Below, one piece after another: positions 1-12,185 of a DNA stretch of 64,000 bases. The notes beneath the pieces were generated by a model. The model was not told the origin of the DNA. It saw nothing but the letters and a program-made list of their open reading frames with translations, and did no database searches. Where the stretch lies: NCBI RefSeq assembly GCF_964213995.1, contig NW_027590141.1, positions 186,001-250,000 on the forward strand, written 5' to 3'. A program made the translations under genes and the position numbers. Position 1 is the first letter of the stretch, and each line of letters opens with the position of its first letter. The stretch is from Mustelus asterias. Its lineage: Eukaryota.

Positions 1-82
1 CAGAGTCTCCCAAGCCGGGAATCAAACCCAGGTCCCTGGCGCTGAGGCAGCAGTGCTAACCAGTGTGCCACCAGGCCACCCT
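1..82 (-). mobile_element. tRNA-derived SINE head (HE1/V-SINE-like), cut by window edge
   Basis: Reverse complement GGGTGGCCTGGTGGCACACTGGTTAGCACTGCTGCCTCAGCGCCAGGGACCTGGGTTTGATTCC has A/B boxes and matches the other SINE copies in the window. Confidence 0.8.
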
Positions 83-299
83 AACAAGTATTGTTATGTT
101 TTTTCTATTCTGTTGGCCTCAGAAGGCAATATCTTATAATTCCCACACATTTTAACCATTCTTTATATCTTTATAATTCTAAACGTCATAAACGTTTGTG
201 TTCAAATTTACATTTCCAGCCTAACATCTGTATTAATGAATCATTTATTCTTTAATTGTCTCTCAATTCAGGCTGTCCATTTAACTAATCTCCTGCTTT

Positions 300-1790
300 A
301 CAATTGTGGGAACTTCAGTCCACAAATAAGGTAGTAGAATGCATTGTTAAAAGCAGGATGTTCTTTATATAAATAAATAACAAACTTTAAAAAACAGTGG
401 CAAACAAAAGGAAACAGGAGCATTGGAACCAGCCTGGACTTACAGACTGAAACCCCGCCCAAAGCCCAGACGTGCTCAGAAGGGAGAGAGGTTGAGAAGA
501 ACACTCTGTAACACTTCTCCTCCCCTTAACTTTCAATCCCCCATCAGGACAGAAATACAACAAAGTAATGTCTTTCACAATACGGAAGTCTGTCAGGAGC
601 TTTGTGGTTGCATTGCGACCTGTACAATACCACTGGTAAATCTTGTAATGGTGGATCTGGAATGGGAGATGAAGAGGTAGTTTGAGAATCTGTACATGAA
701 CATTCCTCTTCCACTCCCACAGCAGAGTCAACTGGCAAAGCTGGAAACACAGGAACCACTTCCTGGTGAACATCCACAGCAGCATGACCCTCTGCCATGT
801 TCTCAGTAATGGTTGCTGACTCTGAAACTGTTCCTGACTCAGGGTCACACCGCAAGTGAATATGGTCTTGGTGTCTGCGAACAACTCTTCCATTTTACAG
901 TCTCACCACCCAAGATACTGGACCACTTTGGTTTAAAAGTATTCCCGGTAACCACCTTTGGTTACTCCCAAAGTTTCTGATGTAAACCTGATCACCCGGT
1001 TTGAACTGCCTCTCTTTGGCGCGGTAGTCATGTCCCTCCTTCTGCTTCTCTTGTCTCCTGCTCACTTTTGCTCTGTGATCTGGATGAAGCAGATCCAGAT
1101 GAGACTTCAACCTTCTACCTAAAAATTCCACAGGAGAGAGTCCGGTTGTGGATTGTGGTGTGATGCGAAACTGGAACAAAAATCTTGAGAGCTTGTTCTT
1201 AAAGTATCGCCTGCCATTCTCTTCAATCCCTCCTTCAAAGTTTGAACAGCTCTTTCTGTGAGACCATTTGTACAGTAAGTAGTTTAACAACACCAGGTTA
1301 AAGTCCAGCAGGTTTATTTGTTAGCAAATGCCACGAGCTAACAAATGCATTTGCTAACAAATAAACCTGTTGGACTTTAACCTGGTGTTGTTAAACTTCT
1401 TACTGTGTTTACCCCAACGCCGGCATCTCCACATCATGAAGACCATTTGTAGCCAGATGAAACGATGCAGTACACACATGGCGTAGACCATTCCTTTACA
1501 GGAATTCCTGAAACACCTCACTTGTAAACAGAGTGTTGTTATCGGAAACAAGCCAATCTGGTAACCCAGGGCTTGTGAAAATTTGTCAGAGCTTCTCTAT
1601 TGTCACAGGAGCTGGAATATTACTCATGATCTGTGCTTCCAACCATTTTGAATGCACCATTTACAACGACCAAACACATGTGATTCATGAAAGGCCCCCC
1701 AAAGGCCACATTTAGTCTGGACCACGGCCTATCAGGCCACTCCCAAGGATGAAGTGGTAACGTACCCAGTGTGTTGTGCCTGATTCAATT
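300..1790 (-). mobile_element. Degenerate Gypsy LTR-retrotransposon 3' part (integrase, PPT, start of 3' LTR)
   Basis: ORF 895-1293(-) has integrase C-terminal motifs (FRITPQSTTGLSP; RQFKPGDQVYIRNFG..RWLPG), with LHPWEWP near 1750. A polypurine tract GTTAAGGGGAGGAG is followed by TGTTACA at ~513. The left boundary is uncertain. Confidence 0.75.
1273..1439. mobile_element. Penelope-like (PLE) tail, inverted head-to-head copy with TSD
   Basis: Inverted repeat of AATAAACCTGTTGGACTTTAACCTGGTGTTGT..ACTTCTTACTG, flanked by direct repeat AGACCATTTGTA (1261 and 1440). It sits inside the Gypsy integrase. Confidence 0.7.
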
Positions 1791-3569
1791 GACAAACAGT
1801 TTATTGAGTTACGCCGGTGGGGAGAAGCCACAGGGGCTGACCATGTGTAACTCCACCCAACAAAGAATATCATCAATTCTTATCCAGTTACTCAGCCCAT
1901 CCCGGCTGGACACAATCCAATCAGAATGGTTATAGATTACATACATTATAGGTTCAATAAAATTAGTATCTGGGCATTATGGGGCTTTGTGATCATCTCA
2001 TGGACAGGTGCCCCCATCATGATGCTTTCCAGACCCCCCCTTCGGGGGGGGGTCTTTCTTGGGTTTTCTTTGTACATAGACTCCCTTAGTTAGAAATGGG
2101 GTGGATTAAAAGTTCTCAAATGGACGCAGCATCCTTCCTTTGTTTTAATCGAATGACCACATGGTCTGGGAATCATTTCTATTTCATGCTCTCTCTTTTT
2201 AAACTCTTTTCTTCAGTCTCCAATTCCAGAATTTTCCTTTTCATTGTGTTATTTGCGTCAGGAATAAATCTATGGACCTGACAGGAAGTTTAACCCAAGA
2301 TCAATCCAACACAGGATTGGTCAGAATCATTTCACGTGTCAAATTTTAAATAACCATTACAAATTAAAACTCTCATTCTCACATGGGTGAATTGCATCCG
2401 GATTAAAATTCCCACATGTTGAGTAAAATATCCTGGAATCCTGTCTCTGGCCAGTAAATATGGCTCCAGGTTCATAACTTCTGAACAAAAAAAGTTTGAT
2501 TGATCACACTTCCTTTTTTAAAAATCTGTTTGATTTAAATACCAGACAGAAAACCTCAAAGCTTGAAGCATTCATCCCACAAATATCATCCACACACAAA
2601 CAGAGAAACTTAGCATGTGCTTTACAACAACAATAACCAAAATTAATTACTGAAGTGTTCTTGTGATTCTGTTTTTAAACTTCCAAAAATGCCTTTAATT
2701 AAAGACTCAAGGTGAGGTTAATTCCCCAGAAAGATAAACCTTAACAAATGTAGCCCAAAACAATGATAAAACATATCTACAAACATCCACAGAAAACAAA
2801 CAAAACACACAGATTCTCACAGCTCGTAAATTTCAAACAATGAATCTTCAGCATTCTCTCTCGCAGCTGTAGCTTCTTAAAGCGACAGAGCACTACAAGC
2901 TCACAACTCCTTGATTAAAATAAGATACAAGATCCTTCATTATAATTGAACCTTTTTAAAGCCAACCGACAAGGACTGATTTTAGAGGCAACATCTTTGT
3001 TGATTTAAAATCCCAAACACGTTATAGCCAAACACCGGCAAAATCTTTGTTCTTTATCTGGGGATAAAATTCTCAGTTATTCCAAATTTCTCCAGGCGAT
3101 GCTTAATATTTCCGCATTTAACTTATTCCCAGAAATCCTCAGTTATAAACTAAAATAGACACGTGTTTCCGGGCAGTCACAGGAATGTGGTCAAGATAGT
3201 CCAGTCCCACAATGCCTCACATTCAATCTGCAGTCCTTCAATTATAACAGAATATGTGGCTGTATGTAGCTGCCTCGGCCATGGTCAACCCCAACACTGC
3301 CTTCCTGAACTGCTGCAATGCCTGAGGTGTAAGTACACCCACAGTGCTGTTAGGGAGCGATTTCCAGCTACACATTCCAGACTTTCACTAGCCTGCAGGT
3401 GGATATCAGATTGATATATTCCATTCAACCACACCCAAGGTGAGTTATTCCAATTCCGTTATTGTCCAGGACAATATATTCACAATATCTTTAAAACAGA
3501 AATTAAACATTCCCATTTGATTTCAGGTATTAACATATTCTGTTAGTTTGTTCTTTATTGTCAATGTCA

Positions 3570-4978
3570 GACTGGGGTTGTTTTCCTTGGAGCAAAGGAG
3601 GTTGAGGGGAGATTTGATAGAGGTGGACAAGATTCTGACAGGTTTAGATAAGGTGGACAAAGAAAAGCTGTTCCCAATAGCTGAAGGGACAAGACGAGGG
3701 GGACACAGATTTCTTGTTTTGGGTCAGAGATGCAAGAGGGGGAGTGGGGGGGGGGGGGGAGGGGGGGGTGGAGGGGGGGAGTGGGGGGCGGGGGGGCAAT
3801 GTGAGGAAGAATATTCTGATGCAGTGAATGGTAATGACCTGAAACTCACTGCCTACGAGGGTGGAGGAAGTGGAGACAATAAACAATTACAAAGGAAATT
3901 GGATGGGCATTTGGGATGTTCCAAACAGAACGAAGAACAAAGAAAATTACAGCACAGAAACAAGCCCTTTGGCCCTCCAAGCCTGCAGCAACCATTCTGC
4001 CCGTCTGAACTAAAACCCCCTACCTTTCCGGGGACCATATCCCTCTATTCCTATGCTATTCATATATTTGTCAAGACACATCTTAAAGTCACTATCGTAT
4101 CTGCTTCCACTACCTTCCCCGGCAATGAGTTCCAGGCACCCACCACCCTCTGTGTAAAAAACCTGCCTTGTACATCTCCTTTAAACCTTGCCCCTCGCAC
4201 CTTAAACCTGTGTCCCCTAGTAACTGACTCTTCCACCCTGGGAAAAAGCTTCTGAATATCCACTCTGTCTTGTAGACTTCTATCAGGTCTCCCCTCAACC
4301 TCCGTCATTCCAGTGAGAACAAACCAAGTTCCTCCAACCTCTCCTCATAGCTAATGCCCTCCACACCAGGCAACATCCTGATAAATATTTTCCGTACCCT
4401 CTCCAAAGCCTCCACATCCTTCTGGTAGTGTGGTGACCAGAACTGAACACTAGATTCCAAGTGCGGTCTAACTAAGTTTCTATAAAGCTGCAACATGACT
4501 TACCAATTTTTAAACTCAATGCCCCGGCCGATAAAGGCAAGCATGCCGTATGCCTTCTTGACTATCTTCTCCACCTGCGTTGCCACTTTCAATGACCTGT
4601 GTACCTGGACACCCAGATCCCTCTGCCTATGAATACTCTTAAGGGTTCTGCCATTTGCTGTATATTTCCCACCTGTATTTGACCTTCCAAAATTCATTAC
4701 CTCACATTTGTCCGGATTAAACTTCATCTGCCATCTCTCTGCCCAAGTCTCCAACTGATCTATATCCTGCTGTATCCTCTGCCGGTCCCCATTGCTATCC
4801 GCAATTCTACCAACCTTTGTGTCGTCCACAAACTTACCAATCAAACCAGTTACATTTTCCTCCAAATCATTTATATATATTACAAACAGCAAAAGTCCCA
4901 GCACTGATCCCTGAGGAACGTCACTTGTCACAGCCCTCCATTCAGAAATGTACCTTTGCACTGCCAACCTCTGTTTTC
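3570..4978. mobile_element. CR1 LINE fragments (old + strand 3' end 3570-3930; younger - strand 3' part 3931-4978)
   Basis: LGLFSLEQRRLRGDLIEV, VPQGSVLG, KFVDDTKV and [13 protein letters not shown] motifs; microsatellite-like 3' tail. Confidence 0.9.
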
Positions 4979-5218
4979 TTCTGACTAAATATCTCTGAAC
5001 TTCCTAACACCCTGTCACTCTGTGATCCTTGTGACATTTGAAACCAGGTATTCACAAAAAGACTGAAAAAGCATCAGCCCACTGGAGGCTGAGACTGGCC
5101 AGTCCAGCAGAAAGAAACCCTCTGACCCTTCCCATTGACCAACTGTGAGAATGAACAAAATGCAGTCCTGGATGGAATTGAGAGCAGAAACAATAACAGC
5201 AGAATCCAACTCCTGTCA

Positions 5219-6229
5219 TCACTCATGAACTTGCTGATGTCTCAGCAGCCGGGATGAAACTCTGAATCCCTTCCCACACACAGAGCCGGTGAACGGCCTC
5301 TCCCCAGTGTGAACTCGCTGGTGTGCCTGCAGGTGGAATAACCGAGTGAATCCCTTCCCACACTGAGAGCAGGTGAATGGCCTCTCCCCAGTGTGAACTT
5401 GCTGGTGTCTCTGCAGGTGGGATAACTGAGTGAATCCCTTCCCACACTGAGAGCAGGTGAATGGCCTCTCCCCAGTGTGAAGTCGCTGGTGAGCCCGCAA
5501 ATTGGATAACTGAGTGAATCCCTTCCCACACTGAGAGCAGGTGAATGGTCTCTCCCCAGTGTGAACTCGCTGGTGTGCCTGCAGGTGGGATGACTGAGTG
5601 AATCCCTTCCCACACTGAGAGCAGGTGAAGGGCCTCTCCCCAGTGTGAACTCGCTGGTGTGCCCACAGCTCGGATGACTGGGTGAATCCCTTTCCACACT
5701 GAGAGCAGGTGAATGGCCTCTCCCCAGTGTGAAGTCGCTGGTGAGCCCGCAAATTGGATAACTGAGTGAATCCCTTCCCACACTGAGAGCAGGTGAAGGG
5801 CCTTTCCCCAGTGTGAACTCGCTGGTGTGTCCGCAGGGTGGATAAACAAGTGAATCCCTCCCCACACTGAGAGCAGGTGAATGGCCTCTCCCCAGTGTGA
5901 ACTCGCTCGTGTGTCCGCAGGGTAGATAACTGAATGAATCCCTTCCCACACTGAGAGCAAGTGAATGGCCTCACCCCAGTGTGAACTCGCTGGTGTGTCT
6001 GCAGGTGGGATGACTGCGTGAATCCCTTCCCACATTCAGAGCAGGTGAATGGCCTCTCCCCAGTGTGAACTCGCTCGTGTGTCCGCAGGCTGGATAACTG
6101 AATGAATCCCTTCTCACACTGAGAGCAGGTGAATGGTCTCTCCCCAGTGTGGCTGCGCCGATGAACTTCCAGCAGGGATGGGTATCTGTATCCCTTCCCA
6201 CAGTCCACACATTTCCACGGTTTCTCCAT
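5219..6229 (-). CDS. C2H2 zinc-finger protein A (336 aa from MEKPWKC; 11 intact + 1 degenerate finger)
   Basis: Uninterrupted CxxC-x12-HxxxH repeats with TGERPF linkers. Splice acceptor TTTTACAG|GATATT at 6580. Putative exon-1 donor CT|GTGAGT at 8256. Confidence 0.85.
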   Translation of the reverse strand: MEKPWKCVDCGKGYRYPSLLEVHRRSHTGERPFTCSQCEKGFIQLSSLRTHERVHTGERPFTCSECGKGFTQSSHLQTHQRVHTGVRPFTCSQCGKGFIQLSTLRTHERVHTGERPFTCSQCGEGFTCLSTLRTHQRVHTGERPFTCSQCGKGFTQLSNLRAHQRLHTGERPFTCSQCGKGFTQSSELWAHQRVHTGERPFTCSQCGKGFTQSSHLQAHQRVHTGERPFTCSQCGKGFTQLSNLRAHQRLHTGERPFTCSQCGKGFTQLSHLQRHQQVHTGERPFTCSQCGKGFTRLFHLQAHQRVHTGERPFTGSVCGKGFRVSSRLLRHQQVHE

Positions 6230-6716
6230 GATGCAGGTGTCCTTGCCTCTCTCTTGGGTGGACAATTAGTTGAAACTTCGTCCACACACAGAACAAGATT
6301 ACAGTCTCCACCCGCTGTGAATGGTGTGATATTTATTCAGACTGTGTAACTGGTTAAAGCTCTTTAGTCAGTGCATTGGAACACACTCACTCGAGTGTAG
6401 CAGTGTGTTGATGCTTTTCCACTCACACTGACATTTCAAATCTTTTCAAATCGACAGACTGAACAATCATTTCTCCTTCTGGATTCAAAGTCCGATGATA
6501 TTGAGGTCCCAAGGAATAAGACTCTGTCAGATCGAGACGTGACGTTTGAGATTTCAGCCTGTGATTCCTCTTTCAATATCCTGTAAAATGAGTTTCCAAA
6601 AGTCATCAGTGTCAGTACAGGATAGAAATTCAGAACAGACAATTTCTATCGAACATTCTTTCCTCTCTCATTCCCCAGAAGCTGTAAATCTCCATTCCAC
6701 ACACTCTCTCCCCATT

Positions 6717-6902
6717 CTCAGCAGGTCTGGCAGCATCTGTATGGAGAGAAAAGAACTGATGTTTCAGAGCTTTGACAAAGGGTCATCGAGACAAGAAACA
6801 TCAGCTCTTTTCTCTCCTTACAGATGCTGCCAGACCTGCTGAGATTTTCCAGCATTTTCTCTCTTGGTTTCAGATTCCAGCATCCGCAGTAATTTGCTTT
6901 TA
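6717..6902. mobile_element. Second PLE-like tail family, hairpin-arranged
   Basis: CTCAGCAGGTCTGGCAGCATCTG...CAGATGCTGCCAGACCTGCTGAG inverted repeat. The same family occurs at ~32045, 33258, 37050, 56208 and 60495. Confidence 0.65.
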
Positions 6903-8110
6903 TAAGGCTGCAGATACCACCTCCCAAGTAACATGCGTGTGCCCAAGACATCACCACTTGTTTCCCTTATTTCTTTAGCACCCATGGTGCTCTCCGTAGT
7001 AAACACAGAGGAGAAGTATTCATTAAAAATCTCACCCATCTCCTGTGGCTCCACACACAGATGGCCATACTGATTTTTAAGGGGATCTATTCTCTCTCTG
7101 GCCACCCTTTTACTCTTAATATAGTGATAGAACCTCTTGGAATTTTCTTTAATCTTACCTGCCAGATCCATATCATACCCTCTTTTTGTCCTTCTCATTT
7201 CCCTCTTCAGTATTTTCTTACACTTTTTATAGTCAGAGTGATTCACTTGTCCCCGATTGCCTAAACCCAATGTATGCTTCCTTCTTTTACCTGACCAGAG
7301 CCTCAATGTCCCTTGTCTGCCAGAGATCCCTAAATTTACCAGTCTTTCCCTGCATCTTAACAGGAATATACTGCCCCTGGACTCTTGATATCACACTTTT
7401 AAAACCTCCCATTTGCCAGTCATTCCTTTCCCTTCAAACAAACTCACGTAATCGACATCTGCTAGATCCTGCCTAATGCCCACAAAAGTGGCCCTGCTCC
7501 AGTTTAGGGCCTTGACCTGTGGACCTGTCCTATTTTTTTCCAGAACTATTTTGAAACTATTGGTGCTCCCAATAGTGCTCCCTGACTGACACTTCAGTCA
7601 CTTGCTCCACCTCATTTCTTAACTGTCTAATAGAAAGTGAGTCCAGGAATTGATGATGAAAAATAAGGAGCTGGGAGATGAATTGAACAAGTATTTTGCC
7701 TCGGTGTTCACAATAGAGGATACAGTTAAAACTCAGAAACAGCTGGAAATCAGAAAACAGAAGTGTGGGATGAACTCTGAAAAAGGACAATTCCCAGGGA
7801 AGTGGTCCTCAGCAAACTGTTGGAGCTGTGGGCTGATGAGTCCTCGGGTCCTGCTGGGCTTCATTCTCGGGTCTTGACAGAATGAGATAGTTGATGTGTT
7901 GTTCAATTTTCTATAATTCCTCATCGGGAATTGGATAAAGGGAAACCGGTGGATGCGTTGTACTTAGATTTCCAGAAGACATTTGATGAGGTGCCGCATC
8001 AAAGGTTATTGCAGCAAATAAAAATTCATGCTGCGGGGATGACATATTGGCGTGGATAGAAGATTGGCTAACAGCAAACAGTGGGCAGAAATGGATCATT
8101 TTCTGGTTGA
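6903..8110. mobile_element. CR1 ORF2 fragments (6903-7560 minus; 7650-8110 plus)
   Basis: LAGKIKENSKRFYHYIKSKR and ELNKYFASVFT motifs. Confidence 0.8.
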
Positions 8111-8158
8111 AGAGAGAGAGAAACCTGGGCCAACCTTTCCAGAGTCTGCACGCTCCCT

Positions 8159-8851
8159 GGATTCACTTCCTTTGCCTTCAGTTGCTGCAAGTCCCCAATT
8201 TCCCCCAGAATGAGAAAAGAAATGGAAAGGATGAGAAAAGAAAGTGTTTTACTCACAGATGTTGGAGACAGGGGGAAGTTTGAGTCTGTCTGAAGATCAA
8301 TCTTCATTCACACAAAGCCCACGCTCTGATTGGCTGGAAGACCAGAGTCCTCCCAGTCCTTCAACTCTTCCCATTGGTCAACACCTCAGCATGAAGATCA
8401 GAGGGTGGGTTCTCCCCCGCACATGTGCAGCTTCCCCTCTCCCTCGCACATTTGCAGTCCCAGGCGGGGGGGGGGGCGGGGGGGCGGGGTGCGATCACCG
8501 AGCGGCTTCTCGCTCTGGCCGGAGCCGGCAGCCAGTTGTCTGGAAACCGTGGCTGGAAGAGGTGTAGGGGGAGGGGAACAATGGGTGGGGGCGGGGCTCC
8601 CGGGTCCGCGCGCCCGGGCCTGCGCAATGGAACCCGGAGATGTCACCCGGAGCAGAGAGATTTCTATTGGCTGATTCAGGCAGGGCTCTATCGTGACGTC
8701 ACAATGCAGAAGTTGTCCAATGAGCTTCAGAGTGAAACTTCCTCCTCTGGGCAACATCTGGGAGGAAATCAATGTTTCCCCCTTTCCATTTCTTTCCTCA
8801 TTCTGGGGGAAATTGGGGACTTGCAGCAACTGAAGGGAATGAAGTGAATTC
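8159..8851. promoter_or_regulatory. Bidirectional CpG-island promoter between ZNF A (-) and ZNF B (+), bounded by ~130-bp inverted repeats
   Basis: CpG-rich core with GC boxes, CCAAT boxes (8328, 8372, 8664) and a CRE TGACGTCA at ~8694. 8159-8295 is an inverted copy of 8725-8851. Confidence 0.7.
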
Positions 8852-8944
8852 GGTCTGTATATTCCACACATTTTTACTCCAGTAATGTAGACATTTATCT
8901 GTCTGGCAGCCTGCATGGAAATCTCCAGCTCTCTCTGTGTCCAG

Positions 8945-9010
8945 GACAGGAAGCAGTGAGCATGGATCTGTCAATCAGCCTCAATCAGCACCTTCAGGAG
9001 AATTGGGATG
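8945..9010 (+). other. Conserved 66-nt internal exon of the ZNF family
   Basis: TGTCCAG|GACAGG...GGGATG|GTGAAT. An identical-length copy lies at 55444-55509(-), with homologs at ~15025, 11160, 21690 and 61055. Confidence 0.6.
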
Positions 9011-9507
9011 GTGAATATTAGATACAGCAGAGTGAGAATGGAGGGAGAGTGTGTGGGATGGAGATTTACAGCTTTGAGGAATGAGAGAGAAAAGAATGTT
9101 CCATAGAAATTAGAATTGTCTGTTCTGAATTTCTATCCTGTGCTGACACTGATGACTTTTGTAAATTCCTTTTGCAGGATATCAGAAAATTTAAAGACGA
9201 ATATGAAACCAAACTTCACATCAAAATCTAACATAGTCACTCAGTTCATTGGGATCTGAATATCATCGACTTTTGAATCTAGAATGGAAATGTTTCTCTG
9301 CTCTGTCTGCTTCGGGAGATTTTAAACAGTGTGACTGGAAAAGCACCGAGACACACACACTGAAACATGCACACACCCGAGTGACTGTGGAAAGAACTTT
9401 AACCAGTTAAACAGCCTGAAAATACATTGCAGCAGAGAGACCGCACCCATGTTATGTTGTAACTGAACTGATTGTCAAGCCTGGAGAGTCGCAAGGACAC
9501 CCGCACC

Positions 9508-10181
9508 ATGGAGAAATTGTGTAAATGTGGGGACTGTGGGAAAGGATTCAGGTTCCCATCTGCACTGGAAACTCATCGGCGCAGTCACACTGGAGAGAGA
9601 CCATTCACCTGCTGTGTGTGTGGGAAGGGATTCACTCAGTTATCCCATTTACAAACACACCAGGGAGTTCACACTGGGGAGAGACCGTTCACCTGCTCTG
9701 TGTGTGGGAAAGGATTCTCTCGGTTAAACAATCTGCTAACCCACCAGCGCATTCACACCGGGGAGAGGCCGTTCACCTGCTCTGTGTGTGGGAAAGAGTT
9801 CACTCGGTTGAACAATCTGTTGACACACCAATGGGTTCACACAGAGAGAGACCGTACACCTGCTCTGTGTGTGGGAAGGGATTCACTCAGTTGCCCAACC
9901 TGTTGAGCCACAAGGTCACTCACACCCAGGAGAGACCCTTTAAATGCTCTGACTGTGGGAGTGGCTTCAAAAGCTCTCGGGAACTGATGGTCCACCAACC
10001 CATTCACACTGACGAGAGACCGTTTAGCTGCTCTCACTGCTCAAAGAGGTTTAGGAGGTCATCCACATGGCGGAGACACCAGCGGGTTCACACCAGGGAG
10101 AGACGGTTCACCTGCTCTGTGTGTGGGAAGGGATTCAATCGGTCATCCAACCTGCAGAGACACCAACAAGTTCACAAGTGA
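9508..10181 (+). pseudogene. ZNF B, 8 finger units, 1-nt frameshift at ~9843
   Basis: ORFs 9472-9906 and 9525-10181 carry the two halves. The linker reads CACACAGAGAGAGACCG, one base short. Acceptor at 9178. Could be an assembly error. Confidence 0.75.
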
Positions 10182-10199
10182 TTGCAGGGGTTGGATTCT

Positions 10200-10392
10200 T
10201 TCTCTCTCAATCTTTCTCTTCCCCCCCCCCTGCTCTTTCCCAGCCCCCCGCCCCCACTCTTCCCCCCCCTGCTCTTCCCCCCCCTGTTCTTCCCCCCCCC
10301 CGCTCTTCCCCCCCCCGCGCCCCCCTGCTCTTCCCCCCCCCCCGCCCCCCTGCTCTTCCCCCCCCCCCCCCGCCCCCCTGCTCTTTCCCCCC
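10200..10392 (+). repeat. C-rich low-complexity repeat (TGCTCTTCCCCCCCC-like units)
   Basis: About 7 imperfect CTGCTCTT(C)7-12 units interleaved with further C runs. Confidence 0.9.
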
Positions 10393-10870
10393 ACCTGCAG
10401 GGTGGATGAATCTCTGACTCCCTTCCCACACTGTGAGCAGGTGACTAGCCTCTCCTCAGTGTGAATTCGCTGGTGTCTCAGCAGATTCGATGAATGATTG
10501 GTTCCCTTCCCACAAGTGGAGCATATGAACGGTCTCTCCCCGGTGTGACTGCGTCGATGAGATTCCACCCCAGATGGGGCTCTGAATCCCTTCCCACAGT
10601 CTCCACATTTCCATGGTTTCTCCATGGTGTCTGAGTCCTTGTGTCTCTCCACAATCAGTGCACTGGAACACTCTGATACGGGTGTGAGAATCTCAGTGCT
10701 TTTCCAGTCAAAACCTCTCCTTCCAATATACACTGAAAGCAGTTTACAAAAATCATCACTGTCAGCACATGGTAGAAATTCAAAACAGACAATTGTAGTT
10801 TCTATGGAACATTCTTTAAATCTCCACCCACGCCCCTCACACATACACTCTCTCTCTCTCATTCCATTTA
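10393..10870 (-). pseudogene. ZNF C, 3'-truncated (2.5 fingers)
   Basis: [46 protein letters not shown], then cut by the C-rich repeat. Acceptor region degraded. Confidence 0.8.
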
Positions 10871-10877
10871 GCATTCT

Positions 10878-11142
10878 GCAGCATGGTGACACAGTGGTTA
10901 GCACTGCTGCCTCACAGTGCCAGGGACCCGGGCTCGATTTCCGGCTTGGGTCACTGTGTGTGGAGTTTGCACGTTCTCCCCGTGTCTGCATGAGTTTCCT
11001 CCCTCATTCTGAAAGACGTGCTGGTTCGGTGCATCGACCCGGACAGGTGCCGGAGTGTGACAACTAGGGGAATTTCACACTAACTTCATTGCAGTGTTAA
11101 TATAAGCCTTACTTGTGACTATTAAATAAACCTTAAACTTTA
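10878..11142 (+). mobile_element. SINE (HE1-like head, alternative 3' tail)
   Basis: GGTGACACAGTGGTTAGCACTGCTGCCTCACAGTGCCAGGGACCCGGG head. The tail (...AAGCCTTACTTGTGACTA..AATAAA) differs from the CR1-type tail of other copies. Confidence 0.75.
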
Positions 11143-11394
11143 ATATACACTACCCAATTCTCCTGAAGGTGCTAATTAATGCTGATCGACACTCACCATT
11201 TCATGTTCCTGACAGATCGTAAGAAATAGTTAGAAATTCAGCCCACCAAGCTGTTCAATTGAATTCTTTTTATTCATTTATGGGACATGGGTTGCTGGCT
11301 GGCCAGCATTTATTACCCATCCCTCGTTGCCATTGGAGGGCAGTTGAGAGTCAACCACATTGTTGTGGCTTTGGAGTCACATGTTGGCCAGGCC

Positions 11395-12185
11395 AAGTGT
11401 GAGGTATTGCACTTTGGAAGGACAAACCAAGGTAGAACATACAAGGTAAATGGTCGGCACTGAAGAGTGCAGTAGAACAGAGGGATCTGGGAATACAGAT
11501 ACATAATTTCCTAAAAGTGGCGTCACAGGTAAATAGGGTCATAAAGAGTGCTTTTGGTACATTGGCCTTTATAAATCAAAGTATCGAGTATGAGAGTTGG
11601 AGTGTTATGGTGAGGTTGTATAAGACATTGGTGAGGCCGAATTTAGAGTATTGTGTGCAGTTTTGGTCACCTAATTACAGGAAGGATATTAATAAAGTTG
11701 AAAGAGTGCAGAGAAGGTTTACAAGGATGTTGCCGGGACTTGAGAAACTGAGTTACAGAGAAAAGTTGAATAGGTTAGGACTTTATTCCCTGGAGCGTAG
11801 AAGAATGAGAGGAGATTTGATAGAGGTGTATAAGATTTTGATGGGTATAGATAGAGTGAATGCAAGCAGGCTTTTTCCAGCGAGGCCAGGGGAGAAAAAA
11901 ACCAGAGGGCATGGGTTAAGGGCGAAAGGAGAAAAGTTTAAAGGGAATATTAGGGGGGGGCTTCTTCACGCAGAGAGTGATGGGAGTCTGGAATGAGCTG
12001 CCGGATAAAGTGGTGAATGCTTTTAACATTTAAGAAAAACTTGGACGGGTTCATGGATGAGAGGGGTGTGGAGGGATATGGTCCAAGTGCAGGTCAGTGG
12101 GACGAGGCAAAAAAATGGTTCAGCACAGCCAAGAAGGGGCAAAAGGCCTGTTTCTGTGCTTGAATGTTCTATGGTTCTATGGTCT
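11395..12185 (+). mobile_element. CR1 LINE 3' fragment
   Basis: ORF 11517-11996 [15 protein letters not shown]...RMRGDLIEVYKI; GTTCTATG tail. Confidence 0.9.

Noticed and set aside
2031-2070. GC hairpin with C(UUCG)G loop followed by T-rich sequence, resembling an intrinsic terminator
   Set aside because: Homopolymer C/G runs in a degenerate repeat region of a vertebrate genome; no supporting context.
3738-3797. Gly-rich ORF 3548-4255
   Set aside because: Poly-G tract within CR1 debris.
5223-6285. Long alternative-frame ORFs over ZNF arrays (e.g. MWEGIHSVI.., GRDSLSYP.., also 62783-63658)
   Set aside because: Shadow frames of 84-bp finger repeats.
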